Source: Candidatus Gastranaerophilales bacterium (GTDB lineage Bacteria; Cyanobacteriota; Vampirovibrionia; Gastranaerophilales; Gastranaerophilaceae). From it: a stretch of 64,000 nt of DNA. The stretch is taken from positions 36,380-100,379 of the forward strand of contig CANQNW010000007.1 in NCBI GenBank assembly GCA_947625305.1, in the 5' to 3' direction. The notes beneath the pieces were generated by a model. The model was not told the origin of the DNA and did no database searches. It saw only the letters and a list, made by a program, of their open reading frames with translations. Below, piece by piece: positions 50,903 through 60,157 of the stretch. Numbering within the stretch: position 1 is the stretch's first letter; each line of letters starts with the position of its first letter. A program made the position numbers and the translations under genes.

Positions 50903-53900
50903 ATTTTACCCATTTAAAACTTTGTACATATTTAGATGAATTAATATCGCCGTTAATAATAGCCTGAAAAGTGCGGGATTCATAATCTCCGTTTGTAAAG
51001 GGCGGTATTTTTTCAACATCTTCTATAAAATCTTTTCTTCCGAAATCAAGCATTGAAATTCCCGGAATTAATTTAAAGAAGGTATTTAATGAGGTATTCC
51101 CTATTGCTCCGAATATTGTTGATATTTTCTTTGATAATTTCCCTAAAATTTCCATATCTGCCTGCGAGTTGCTTAAATCATATTTCCCGTGGATATACAA
51201 ACTAAGGTTTTCTCCCGTTGAATATATTTCTATATCATCTGCTATTCCGCTGTCAATTTTACAGCTTCCGTTTATGTTTGAGAAATATCCTGTTTTAACA
51301 AGGTTTAATATTTCAAGAATACTGTTTAATGTTAATCCCGTAATTCCGCTTTTTATTATGTTGCTTGCTCTTAAAAGATATTCAAGCGACCCGAGTTTAG
51401 GCATTCTGCCATCCAGTATTTCAAAATATATAAATCCTGATAGGTTTTTAACTATTTCTTCATTTGTACTTCCTTTTGAACTTAATATAATTTTTCCGTT
51501 TGCATTGCCGTATATTTGATTTTTGCCGTCAAATAATGTTTCCGCTATATAGTTTGAATCTACATTATTAAGTTCAAAACTTCCGTTAAAGCTTGTATCA
51601 TTAAGGTTATATAAAAATCCTCCCGTGATATTACCGGAGCCTGTTTCAAATTCCATATCTTTTGCAAGGAATATCCCTTTATCATTTATTGAGAAATTAC
51701 TTTTAAGATTTTCTGCTTCAAGTGATTTAATAAGAACTTTTTTGACTGCTAAATGTCCTTTATCCAGTGATAATCCCGATAAATCAATATTTTTAATATT
51801 ATTATTGGTATTCATTGCTTTATGTGTTTTTGCTAAACTGTCAAAAAACTTGTTATTATCAAATTCATCGGCATATATATTTAATGAATTTATTTTTGGT
51901 TTTTTAGTTAAATGATTATCAATTATTGAGTTAATATGTATTTTTGAATCGGCTAAAAATCCGAATATATTTAAATCAATTGTTTCATTTTTTGCACTTA
52001 ATTTTATATTTTTTATAAGAGTATCAAATAACGGTATATCAAGATTTTGGCAATCCAGATTTCCCGTTAACTTACCTAATCGGTATTTTAAATCACAGTT
52101 AATTGTTCCGTGAGTTAATATGTGTTCTTTTAAGAATAAATTCAATATCCTTGCGGAAATATTTTTATAAGTTTTTATATATATTTCTTCGGGGGTAATA
52201 ATTTTATCCTGATTTATTTTTAAAATTGCATTTCCTGATGCAAAAATTATCGGATTTGTTTTATTGTTTTGAGAGGTTATATATTTAATATAATTAAATT
52301 TGCTGATATTAATAATATCTTTATTTATATTTATATTACCTTCAAATTCTCTTTTATCGGTTGTCTCTCCAAGACTTGTACCGTCAATCGAAATATCCGA
52401 GTCAACATTTAAAGTTAGTTTCGGTATAATGTTAAGGTTATTTTGATTACCTTTAATTTTTGCGGATAAGTTAATATCTCCCGTTGCACCTATTTTTTCG
52501 GAGATTGCTTGAGGCATATATTCTGTTATAAAGTTATTTGTTATCTTAGAAGTAAAATATCCTTCAATATAGGGATTTGTAAATACATCGGATATTGTTA
52601 AATTACCGTAAAAGGGAGAATCACCTATTTGTGCGGTAAGATTTTCCAAATATAATTTTTTATTGTTGAAGTTAACTATAAAATCATCAAAATATACAAG
52701 GGCATTTGTTTGTATGTGTTTAAGCTTCAAATTATTAAATTTAATTCTGCCATCCATTATATTTTTCTTCACAATTAAGTTTATGTCGCAGAACCCTGTA
52801 TATTCTTTAAATTGATTTAAAATATTTTTGATTCTATCGGGCAGAACGGTTAATTTAGAAGTATCATTTAAATTTGCAATATTAAATTTGTCTGATTTAA
52901 TATTCAAGTTATAGATAGGATGCAGGGTATCAATTTTTTGGATATTTCCTGAAATATTAATTTTTGCATTATATAAATCAGCGATAATATTTTCTAATTT
53001 TAAAGAAGATTTATCGAGAATTACCTTACCCGATTGTGCTTTTAGCTTGCTTGGCGAGTCATCTTTTATAAAATTCATTTCCGCATATGCTTTATCCGTA
53101 ATAAAATCAATGGATTTAGCTTTATATTTAAAATACAAATCATGCTTAGAGGCAATATTATATAGTGGTGAGATATCTGGGTAATTTTTAGGATAAAGGT
53201 ATGATTCCGTTAAAAATTTGACGGTATCTTTTAAATTAACACTTTTACTTGTAACTGTTATATCGACATCGGGGATTTTTGTTTGAAGGTCAGTTAATAT
53301 TTTTCCTGATATTTTAATGGGCGAACTGCCTGAAATCCCCGTAAGGTCATTAAGTTTAACTTCTTCCTCCGTAAAATCAACTATACCTTTAACGGCTTTT
53401 ATCGGAGTATAAAATCCTTCAATAAAGCATTCATCGTTAAACAGGTAAATTGAACCTTTTACTTTCATATTTTCAAAAGCTTCCTCTGGAGGTAACGGAG
53501 GCTGGCCGAAAGGTACGGGTACAATATCTGATTTGATGTTTATATTAAGTTTTGAATTTCCGTTTGCCTTTGTTATAACAGCAATTCCTGCTTTTACGTC
53601 TTTTAAAAGACTGCTTTTATTTATAATTTCCATTACATCAGCTACATTTGCCTGAGGGGAAAGTATATTAAAATCTAACTTATCGTTAATTTTCACGAAT
53701 CCTTCCGCTGAAAGCGGATTGTTTTTAACGTATGCTTTTTCTGATTTAAAAGAAACAACATCTTTATTAAAATCCAGTCTGCCTTTGACATTTTTAGCCT
53801 GACCGTATAGTCCGTTATATGTAACTTCACCTTTATCAAAACTGCTGTATCCGTTTATATCTATAAGTTCTAATGAACCTTTTATATCCATATCAATAAT

Positions 53901-55406
53901 GCCCTTACCTGAAGTTATTGTCATATCAGGAATAGGGCCTAACTGGAAATTAAAGACTTTGCTGATAGGTACAATTATTTTCTGTGCCAGCGGAAAATCT
54001 ATGTTATTTGTTGTTTTTACGATTACATGGTTTATTCCGTCCCTGTACATGTGAACGGAGCCTGTTACATCTGCTCTTTGTTTGTTGAATAAATCAACAA
54101 TAATATTCATATTTAAAATACGGTTGTCAAAGGTAATATCTATAGTTCCTTTATGCAGTTTGTGTATTGATTTATCAAGGATATGAACATTTCTTCCCTT
54201 TACGTAGCCCGTTATATCAGGCTGAGGAATTTTTCCTTTTACATGGACTTTTGCTTCTAAATCGCCAAAAACTCCGTATGATTTAACTTTTTCTATAGTC
54301 ATATATTTGGGGACTAAATTAGGAGGCAGGATTGATGCTATATTTTCTGCTCTTGAATTTTGTATTTCCGCATTAATATCAAGTTCAGGGGTATCTTTAA
54401 GATTAATATTCCCATCAGCTTTTATATTTACATTATCTGCCGTATAATTTAAAGATTTTATATTAATTTCTTTATCTTTTAATTCCGTTTCAATATTTAA
54501 CTTGTTTGTATTTTTGGCAGTAACATTATTTTTCCAATCGCTGCGGGAATATAAAACATCTTTAAATGAAGTATTTAAAACAATTTGATTATTATTATTT
54601 TCATTAATATCAGATGATATTTGAAGATATTCAATAAAACCATCGAGCGCCTTTAAGTTTTTATCCGAATACATTTGTATAAATGGCTCTAAATCCTTTA
54701 AATTAATGTTATATGCAAATAAATGACCTGAAATTAAATCTTTATCAAAAGTTTTTGTAATCGGGTAATGCGAACTGAAATCAATATCAAGTTCGCCAAG
54801 GGTTTCATTATTTGTATTAATTTTTCCGTCTAATTTTACACTTATTTTATTTTTTTGGGAATTAATTTTAATATTTATATCTTTGCCCGAAAGTTCAATA
54901 TTTTTTAATAAGTTTTCATCCTTTAAATTAACGCAGTAATTATAAACATTTATTTTTGCTTCCTTTAAGGAGGTTTTAAAACCCTGTTTTCCTTTGGAAT
55001 TCAATAACTTTTGAAAATTGAAGTTTCCGTCTTTATCTTTTATAAGATTAATATTTAAGTCTATAGAGTTAATTTCTTGTAAATTTAATTTTTTAAGAAA
55101 AAGCGGTAATATATTTATTTTTAAATTAAGATTTTTGCTGTTAATTAAATCTTCGCCGTTGATTTTATTTTTCATATCAAGATTTAAAATATTAACTGTA
55201 ACAGCAGGGATTATATGGGTTTTAAATGTTAATGTATCATAATTTAAACAAATATTGGTTTTTTGCGAAATAAAATTTTTAATATAATTTTTGCCCGCTA
55301 AATTGTTAAGTACGGCAGGAACCGCATAAAGATATACTCCTTCAAGCAGAGCAATAATTATGAGATATTTTGAAAATATTTTTATAAAATTTTTATTTAT
55401 ATGCAT
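50901..55406 (-). CDS. AsmA/TamB-like giant envelope protein
   Basis: 1501 aa with an N-terminal TM anchor (YLIIIALLEGVYLYAV), then a long beta-rich repetitive body with alternating hydrophobic patterns typical of AsmA-like lipid-transfer proteins. The C-terminal region is DUF490-like. The call rests on architecture. Confidence 0.65.
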   Translation of the reverse strand: MHINKNFIKIFSKYLIIIALLEGVYLYAVPAVLNNLAGKNYIKNFISQKTNICLNYDTLTFKTHIIPAVTVNILNLDMKNKINGEDLINSKNLNLKINILPLFLKKLNLQEINSIDLNINLIKDKDGNFNFQKLLNSKGKQGFKTSLKEAKINVYNYCVNLKDENLLKNIELSGKDINIKINSQKNKISVKLDGKINTNNETLGELDIDFSSHYPITKTFDKDLISGHLFAYNINLKDLEPFIQMYSDKNLKALDGFIEYLQISSDINENNNNQIVLNTSFKDVLYSRSDWKNNVTAKNTNKLNIETELKDKEINIKSLNYTADNVNIKADGNINLKDTPELDINAEIQNSRAENIASILPPNLVPKYMTIEKVKSYGVFGDLEAKVHVKGKIPQPDITGYVKGRNVHILDKSIHKLHKGTIDITFDNRILNMNIIVDLFNKQRADVTGSVHMYRDGINHVIVKTTNNIDFPLAQKIIVPISKVFNFQLGPIPDMTITSGKGIIDMDIKGSLELIDINGYSSFDKGEVTYNGLYGQAKNVKGRLDFNKDVVSFKSEKAYVKNNPLSAEGFVKINDKLDFNILSPQANVADVMEIINKSSLLKDVKAGIAVITKANGNSKLNINIKSDIVPVPFGQPPLPPEEAFENMKVKGSIYLFNDECFIEGFYTPIKAVKGIVDFTEEEVKLNDLTGISGSSPIKISGKILTDLQTKIPDVDITVTSKSVNLKDTVKFLTESYLYPKNYPDISPLYNIASKHDLYFKYKAKSIDFITDKAYAEMNFIKDDSPSKLKAQSGKVILDKSSLKLENIIADLYNAKINISGNIQKIDTLHPIYNLNIKSDKFNIANLNDTSKLTVLPDRIKNILNQFKEYTGFCDINLIVKKNIMDGRIKFNNLKLKHIQTNALVYFDDFIVNFNNKKLYLENLTAQIGDSPFYGNLTISDVFTNPYIEGYFTSKITNNFITEYMPQAISEKIGATGDINLSAKIKGNQNNLNIIPKLTLNVDSDISIDGTSLGETTDKREFEGNININKDIINISKFNYIKYITSQNNKTNPIIFASGNAILKINQDKIITPEEIYIKTYKNISARILNLFLKEHILTHGTINCDLKYRLGKLTGNLDCQNLDIPLFDTLIKNIKLSAKNETIDLNIFGFLADSKIHINSIIDNHLTKKPKINSLNIYADEFDNNKFFDSLAKTHKAMNTNNNIKNIDLSGLSLDKGHLAVKKVLIKSLEAENLKSNFSINDKGIFLAKDMEFETGSGNITGGFLYNLNDTSFNGSFELNNVDSNYIAETLFDGKNQIYGNANGKIILSSKGSTNEEIVKNLSGFIYFEILDGRMPKLGSLEYLLRASNIIKSGITGLTLNSILEILNLVKTGYFSNINGSCKIDSGIADDIEIYSTGENLSLYIHGKYDLSNSQADMEILGKLSKKISTIFGAIGNTSLNTFFKLIPGISMLDFGRKDFIEDVEKIPPFTNGDYESRTFQAIINGDINSSKYVQSFKWVK

Positions 55407-55535
55407 GGTTAATTTATTTAAATTCGGTTAAATTAATTATATTATCTATAAAATAAAAGTTCAAACTGTTAATCAAATTTGCAATATCTTATAATTGATG
55501 TAAAATTTATAGGTAACACTATAATTGGCAATAAT

Positions 55536-57653
55536 ATGATTAAAATAAATTTTATAAATAAATTTTCAAAAATAAAAATTCATAAAAAGTCTGTTAATCT
55601 TTTATCGGTTGCGCTTTTTGCAATACTTTTTACAAGTATTCTTGTATCAAAATACTTTTTCTTTCAAACCATTGTGGGCGATGATAATACCAGTAAAGTA
55701 ATGGTAACTGCACCTAAAAACATAGAAGTAATAGACAGTATAAAAACAGAAAACAGAAAAAGAGAAGTGGCAAGAAAAGTTAATGCTATCTACTCAACGG
55801 CTGACGACTTATATATAAAAAACAATTTAAACGATATTATTAATAAAATAAAAGAGATAAGAACAAATACCTCTGACTACAAAGATAAACAAAAGATATT
55901 GGATGTAATGATAGATGTACAAGATACATCATTAAAGAATTTTGTAGTTTCATATTTTTTAAATGCAAATGATGAATTAATAAATAAAGTATTTGTATCC
56001 TCGGAAAAAACATTAACATCCGTATTAAATGAAGGGATAACGGAAAAAGACTTTGAAGAAAATGCGCTTTCAAAGATAATAAGGAGAAATGTTGATCCGA
56101 ATACTCCGAATAATCAAATAAAAGTAATAACTGTATTATTGGAGCAGGTAATTGTTCCAAATATGATAGTGGATGAAAAAGCCACGGAGCTTGCCAGAAA
56201 AAATGCAATGGATATGGTTGCTCCGATAAAAGTTAAATTTAACAAAGGCGATACAATAATTAATGTGGGTGAACCCGTTACTCAGGTTAAAAAAGAAGCA
56301 TTAAGCAAGGCGGGCTATAATATTTTAAGAATAAATTACTTTGGAATAGCCGGTATATTATGTCTTGTTTGTATAGGAATATTTTCGGTATATTTTTGCT
56401 TAAAGTCATTTGAACCTAAATTTATTGATTTAAAACATTTATCGTTAGTCGCATTTGTATCTTTGTTTATGGCGGTCTTAGCCGTTCTTCTGCCTTCCAC
56501 CTGGTCTGTATTTATACTGCCGTTCCCGTTTTATACAATGATTTTATCGGTATTTTTAAACCCGAGAACAGCTTTCTTTATAACGGTAACTCTGTTAACG
56601 GTAATAACATTGTCGCTTCAATTTTCAGCGCTTGCAATGTCGGCATTTTTATTGTCTGTTATTATTTCAACAACGGGCATGACGACGATAAAATATTCAA
56701 GAAGATTTGATTTAATACGGGTAGGCTGTTACACGTCATTAGCAATGGCTGTAATAATACTATGTGTATATTATGACTTAGGGTTTGAAAAACTTCGTCA
56801 GGATATCTCGGCAGGTCTTGTGAACGGTATATTATCAGGAATACTTGCTATTGGGGTAATCCCGTTATTGGAAAATACATTTAAAGTAATAACAATGTTT
56901 GGTTTAGCGGAATACGGAGATTATAATCAACCGTTATTAAAGAAATTGCACGAGGCAGCCCCCGGGACTTTCGAACACAGTTTAAGAGTCTCAAATCTGG
57001 CGGAATCCGCAGCGGAAGCAATAGGTGCTAATCCTATTTTAGCCAGAGTAGGCGCTTTATACCATGATGTAGGTAAAATAGTAAGACCGTTATTTTTCGT
57101 AGAAAATCAGACCTACGGCGGTATAGAAAATCCGCATGATAAGCTTACACCTCGTTCAAGTAAAATGGTTATAACCTCGCATACAAAAGACGGTGTTGCA
57201 CTTGCAAAAGAATATCATATTCCTGAAGTTCTGCAGGATTTTATAACACAGCACCACGGAGATTCACTTGCAAGTTACTTTTATAATCAGGCAGTAGCGC
57301 AGGAAGGTGCGGAAAATGTAAAAGAAGAACAATTCAGATATACAGGGCCAAAGCCCAATTCAAAAGAAACAGCAATATTAATGATAGCGGATGCGGTTGA
57401 ATCAGCCTCAAGGACTTTAAAAGACCACTCTCAGGAAGAACTTGACACACTCATAAATAAAATTATTAAAGACAGACTTGATGATAATCAATTATCAGAA
57501 AGTCCTTTAACTTTAAAAGATATAAAAGTTATTGCTTTAACTCTTTCAAGGGTATTAAGATCGGTATTCCATAAGAGAATTAAATATCAGGAAGCAATTG
57601 AAGATTTAAAAGAAAAAACCGAAATGAAACAGGATTCAAATGGTCAAAATTAA
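55536..57653 (+). CDS. pgpH: 7TM-receptor HD-domain phosphohydrolase (PgpH/YqfF family)
   Basis: Extracellular N-domain, 7 TM helices, and HD domain (HSLRVSNLAE...GALYHDVGK, HHG). The ATG at 55536 is preferred over the TTG at 55479. The conserved yqfF-ybeY-dgkA order supports the call. Confidence 0.85.
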   Translation: MIKINFINKFSKIKIHKKSVNLLSVALFAILFTSILVSKYFFFQTIVGDDNTSKVMVTAPKNIEVIDSIKTENRKREVARKVNAIYSTADDLYIKNNLNDIINKIKEIRTNTSDYKDKQKILDVMIDVQDTSLKNFVVSYFLNANDELINKVFVSSEKTLTSVLNEGITEKDFEENALSKIIRRNVDPNTPNNQIKVITVLLEQVIVPNMIVDEKATELARKNAMDMVAPIKVKFNKGDTIINVGEPVTQVKKEALSKAGYNILRINYFGIAGILCLVCIGIFSVYFCLKSFEPKFIDLKHLSLVAFVSLFMAVLAVLLPSTWSVFILPFPFYTMILSVFLNPRTAFFITVTLLTVITLSLQFSALAMSAFLLSVIISTTGMTTIKYSRRFDLIRVGCYTSLAMAVIILCVYYDLGFEKLRQDISAGLVNGILSGILAIGVIPLLENTFKVITMFGLAEYGDYNQPLLKKLHEAAPGTFEHSLRVSNLAESAAEAIGANPILARVGALYHDVGKIVRPLFFVENQTYGGIENPHDKLTPRSSKMVITSHTKDGVALAKEYHIPEVLQDFITQHHGDSLASYFYNQAVAQEGAENVKEEQFRYTGPKPNSKETAILMIADAVESASRTLKDHSQEELDTLINKIIKDRLDDNQLSESPLTLKDIKVIALTLSRVLRSVFHKRIKYQEAIEDLKEKTEMKQDSNGQN

Positions 57654-58137
57654 TATCTTTGTTGAAAATACTTACGAAGAATTTAATATTGATGAGGTTA
57701 AAGTTTTTAATAACTCTGTTAAAATTACTGATTATTTAATCACTTGTAAAGAAGTTTATGAAAAATCCTGCTTAAAAAAATATAAATATACGGCAATATG
57801 TTTTGATATTGTTCTGGCAAATAACGGTAAAATCCGCAGAATAAATAAGGAATACAGACAAAAAGATACCCCGACTGATGTAATAACATTTGCAATGTTT
57901 GCGGATTCATCAGAAGACGAAAGGTTTATATTGGAGGGAGAAATAAATCTGGGTGAAATAATAATTTCTCTGGACAAAATTGAAGAACAGGCAAAAGAAA
58001 ATAATGTAAAATTTGAAGATGAATTGTATTACATAATTTCCCATGGAGTATTACATCTTATGGGTTTTGACCATTTGACCGAGCAAGATTATAATTTTAT
58101 GGTAGATTATCAAAATAAGGCGAAGGCAATATTATGA
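57640..58137 (+). CDS. ybeY: rRNA maturation endoribonuclease YbeY
   Basis: Zinc motif HGVLHLMGFDH and TDVITF. Confidence 0.9.
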   Translation: MVKINIFVENTYEEFNIDEVKVFNNSVKITDYLITCKEVYEKSCLKKYKYTAICFDIVLANNGKIRRINKEYRQKDTPTDVITFAMFADSSEDERFILEGEINLGEIIISLDKIEEQAKENNVKFEDELYYIISHGVLHLMGFDHLTEQDYNFMVDYQNKAKAIL

Positions 58138-58511
58138 CCAGATTTAAATCTTCAAGTGTAAAAGAAAGCATATCTCATGCGTTAAGGGGATTAAAATTAG
58201 CTTTAAGTTCGCAGAGAAATTTTGTAATTGAATTTTTATTTGGGATTTTAGTTTTATTTTGTGCAATTTTTCTAAGATTTGATATTACAGACATTTGTAT
58301 TGTAATAGTCATGATTGCAATAGTTTTAATATGCGAACTTATTAATTCCGTAATTGAATTTACACTGGATGCCGTTTATAAAAACAATTATTCAAAATTA
58401 GTCGAAATGGCAAAAGATATATCTGCGGGAATGGTATTGTTATCTGCAATAATTAGTGTGGTGGTCGGAATTTTAATTTTCACAAAAAATATAATCAGTT
58501 ATTTTGATTAA
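58134..58511 (+). CDS. dgkA: Diacylglycerol/undecaprenol kinase (DgkA family)
   Basis: 125 aa with 3 TM helices and conserved E..NSAIE-like ELINSVIEFTLD and AKDISAG strings. Confidence 0.85.
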   Translation: MTRFKSSSVKESISHALRGLKLALSSQRNFVIEFLFGILVLFCAIFLRFDITDICIVIVMIAIVLICELINSVIEFTLDAVYKNNYSKLVEMAKDISAGMVLLSAIISVVVGILIFTKNIISYFD

Positions 58512-58520
58512 ATTTTAAGC

Positions 58521-58545
58521 AAAAAAAAGGGACATATAATGCCCC
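58521..58545 (-). terminator. Orphan minus-strand intrinsic terminator
   Basis: The minus strand reads GGGGCAT-TAT-ATGTCCC (7-bp stem with one G-U) followed by T8. On the + strand the stem has an A-C mismatch and no T run. Confidence 0.5.
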
Positions 58546-58920
58546 AAACAATTCGGAATGTAAAAGAAAATTTTTGTTATACATATAATTAATATGTATG
58601 TTAGATTGTAAGTTGTTTTAATAGCAGTTTAAGTATTTTTCCCAATTAATCTTGTAGTCGTGTTAGTTCTCTCTTAATATCTTTTGTTTATTTGTGTTTG
58701 ATTAACTCTTACATGTATATAAAGTATTTTGTATATAAAAAATTGCTAAACTTTAAATAAAAAATATATATTAATGTAATATTTCTTAACAAAGTACAAA
58801 TTAGCTTTAAGGGTGAAAGAGTAATAGGACAAATAATTAAACAGGCGGATAATATACGAATACATATTTAAACAATTATTATAAAGCTATACATATTCCA
58901 CTCTCACTCGTAAACTGTTT

Positions 58921-58948
58921 GACCGAATGAATTTTCGGTCTTTTTTTT
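58921..58948 (+). terminator. Orphan plus-strand intrinsic terminator
   Basis: GACCGAA (58921-58927) - 6-nt loop - TTCGGTC (58934-58940) - T8 (58941-58948). It lies 410 nt after the dgkA stop with no intervening ORF. Confidence 0.65.
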
Positions 58949-59061
58949 GAATTTTCGGAAGGGTGGAGTGAGTGAAACGAACGAACCCGAAAGTGCAATA
59001 GACAGGCGGAGCGACAAAATTACGCAGTAATTTTAAAGCGAAGCGGATAGTCTATGCACAC

Positions 59062-59123
59062 CCGAAAATTCAATTAAGGCGAACGACAGGGCAGAGAGGA
59101 AGGAAAAACCAAATGGCGAAATT
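59062..59123. repeat. 62-nt direct repeat, copy 1
   Basis: CCGAAAATTCAATTAAGGCGAACGACAGGGCAGAGAGGAAGGAAAAACCAAATGGCGAAATT; 61/62 identical to copy 2. Confidence 0.95.
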
Positions 59124-59153
59124 GTGTGTAGAAAGTGAAACGAACGAACCCTT

Positions 59154-59215
59154 CCGAAAATTCAATTAAGGCGAACGACAGGGCAGAGAGGAAGGAAAAA
59201 CTAAATGGCGAAATT
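59154..59215. repeat. 62-nt direct repeat, copy 2
   Basis: Same sequence as 59062-59123 except for C to T at 59202. The period is 92 nt. Confidence 0.95.
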
Positions 59216-59383
59216 CCGTACGGAATTTTGTTTCTTGAAATTCCTTTCGCTCGAACTTGTCACTCCTTCGGCTTTGCCTGTCGTCGTTTCCGCCTTCAGC
59301 TACGCATACAGGCTCAATCATCCTCGCTTCGCTGCGGTGTTTCGCTTTGTAGCTAACCGAACTTTGTCCGTACGGAATTTCGC
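59208..59383. repeat. 176-bp segment bounded by perfect 17-bp inverted repeats (MITE-like or long-range RNA stem)
   Basis: GCGAAATTCCGTACGGA (59208-59224) is the exact reverse complement of TCCGTACGGAATTTCGC (59367-59383). Confidence 0.6.
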
Positions 59384-59411
59384 AAAAAAAAGACGAATGT
59401 GTGATTCGTCT
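59384..59411 (-). terminator. Intrinsic terminator of the 175-aa hypothetical gene
   Basis: The minus strand reads AGACGAAT-CACAC-ATTCGTCT followed by T8. Confidence 0.75.
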
Positions 59412-59435
59412 CGGAAAAAAACAAGTAACAATGTA

Positions 59436-59963
59436 CTAGGCAAATATGTTTATTGAACCCGTCATAGGTTCTTCTTTTTCTTGAGAGTCTTTGTTTTCCA
59501 TATGCATATAAAATGAAAACGGATTAGACCCTTTTTTATCTTTATCAAGATTATATGTTTCAGTAACCTGTGATGCCTGAGTTACAACCTCACGGTCAAC
59601 AATTTGGTTAATTTCGTCCACACCTACCGCCAATTTACCCATATTTTCTTTGGAGGTAAATAAGCTTTGAGCCGCTTGAGAATTTAAATATTGAACATTT
59701 GCACTAAAGGCTTGAGAAAAATTAATATCAAAATCAACAGCCGCCTTAGATGCTTTTAATGCTAATTCTCCGCTTGTTCTTTGAGCATATAAGTCAGTGC
59801 CGAGTGATACTCTGTTAAATTTTGATAAATCTAACTTAGATACATCAACGGTTTTTTCATTATTCGGATTTAATATTTTTTCCGTAACTTTAGCTAAAGC
59901 CTGTACATCTATTACAGGTTTTTGATAATTAGCTGAATTTACGAACCCAACGTTTAATCCCAT
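59436..59963 (-). CDS. Hypothetical protein
   Basis: 175 aa with an AAAGGCGG RBS region and composition typical of local proteins. No TM or signal peptide and no recognisable motif. Confidence 0.5.
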   Translation of the reverse strand: MGLNVGFVNSANYQKPVIDVQALAKVTEKILNPNNEKTVDVSKLDLSKFNRVSLGTDLYAQRTSGELALKASKAAVDFDINFSQAFSANVQYLNSQAAQSLFTSKENMGKLAVGVDEINQIVDREVVTQASQVTETYNLDKDKKGSNPFSFYMHMENKDSQEKEEPMTGSINIFA

Positions 59964-60157
59964 TTTCCGCCTTTTCTCAATTTCTTATAGTTTACTAATC
60001 GGCAGAATTATTAAAAAACTTTAGTAAAAAAGCTTGTTTTTTTAATATATGTTAACAATTTTTGCAATATTTTATTTAAAATCCTAAAAAACACTTGAAG
60101 AAAAAATATGTTTTAAATATGATTAAATAAAGATATTATTAGTAAAGGAATGTAATT

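Larger units (their letters stand above)
58949..59383. other. GC-rich repeat-dense non-coding island (candidate structured RNA locus or nested palindromic/MITE-like elements)
   Basis: About 46% G+C by hand count, against about 20% in the adjacent spacer. It contains 62-nt and 18-nt direct repeats, 15-nt and 17-nt perfect inverted repeats, an 18-nt palindrome, and purine/pyrimidine strand asymmetry. No credible ORF. Confidence 0.6.

Noticed and set aside
58949-59383. Known structured RNAs as explanations for the island: tmRNA (a GCG AAC GAC ... frame reads A-N-D like a tag start), RNase P (GAGGAAGGAAAA vs GAGGAAAGUCC), 5S rRNA (AGTGAAACG word), SRP RNA (GGAAGGAA), and a CRISPR array.
   Set aside because: Each resemblance is a single short word.
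- tmRNA: the AND frame continues RAERKEKPNGEIVCRK without a hydrophobic tag end, and there is no T-arm (GGTTCGA) or CCA end.
- RNase P and 5S: no P4 or other universal RNase P blocks, and no 5S helix arrangement.
- CRISPR: there are only two long repeats, they are not separated by unique spacers of CRISPR size, and no cas genes are present.

A covariance-model search is still needed for certainty.
59135-59456. Two overlapping + strand ORFs (73 aa at 59135-59356 and 83 aa at 59205-59456) inside the GC-rich island.
   Set aside because: They are Arg/Cys/Phe/Ser-rich and lack the K/N/I/E bias of every credible protein here. Neither has an RBS. They span the repeat and inverted-repeat units, and one runs through the minus-strand terminator into the neighbouring gene. 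They are most likely by-products of GC-rich non-coding sequence.
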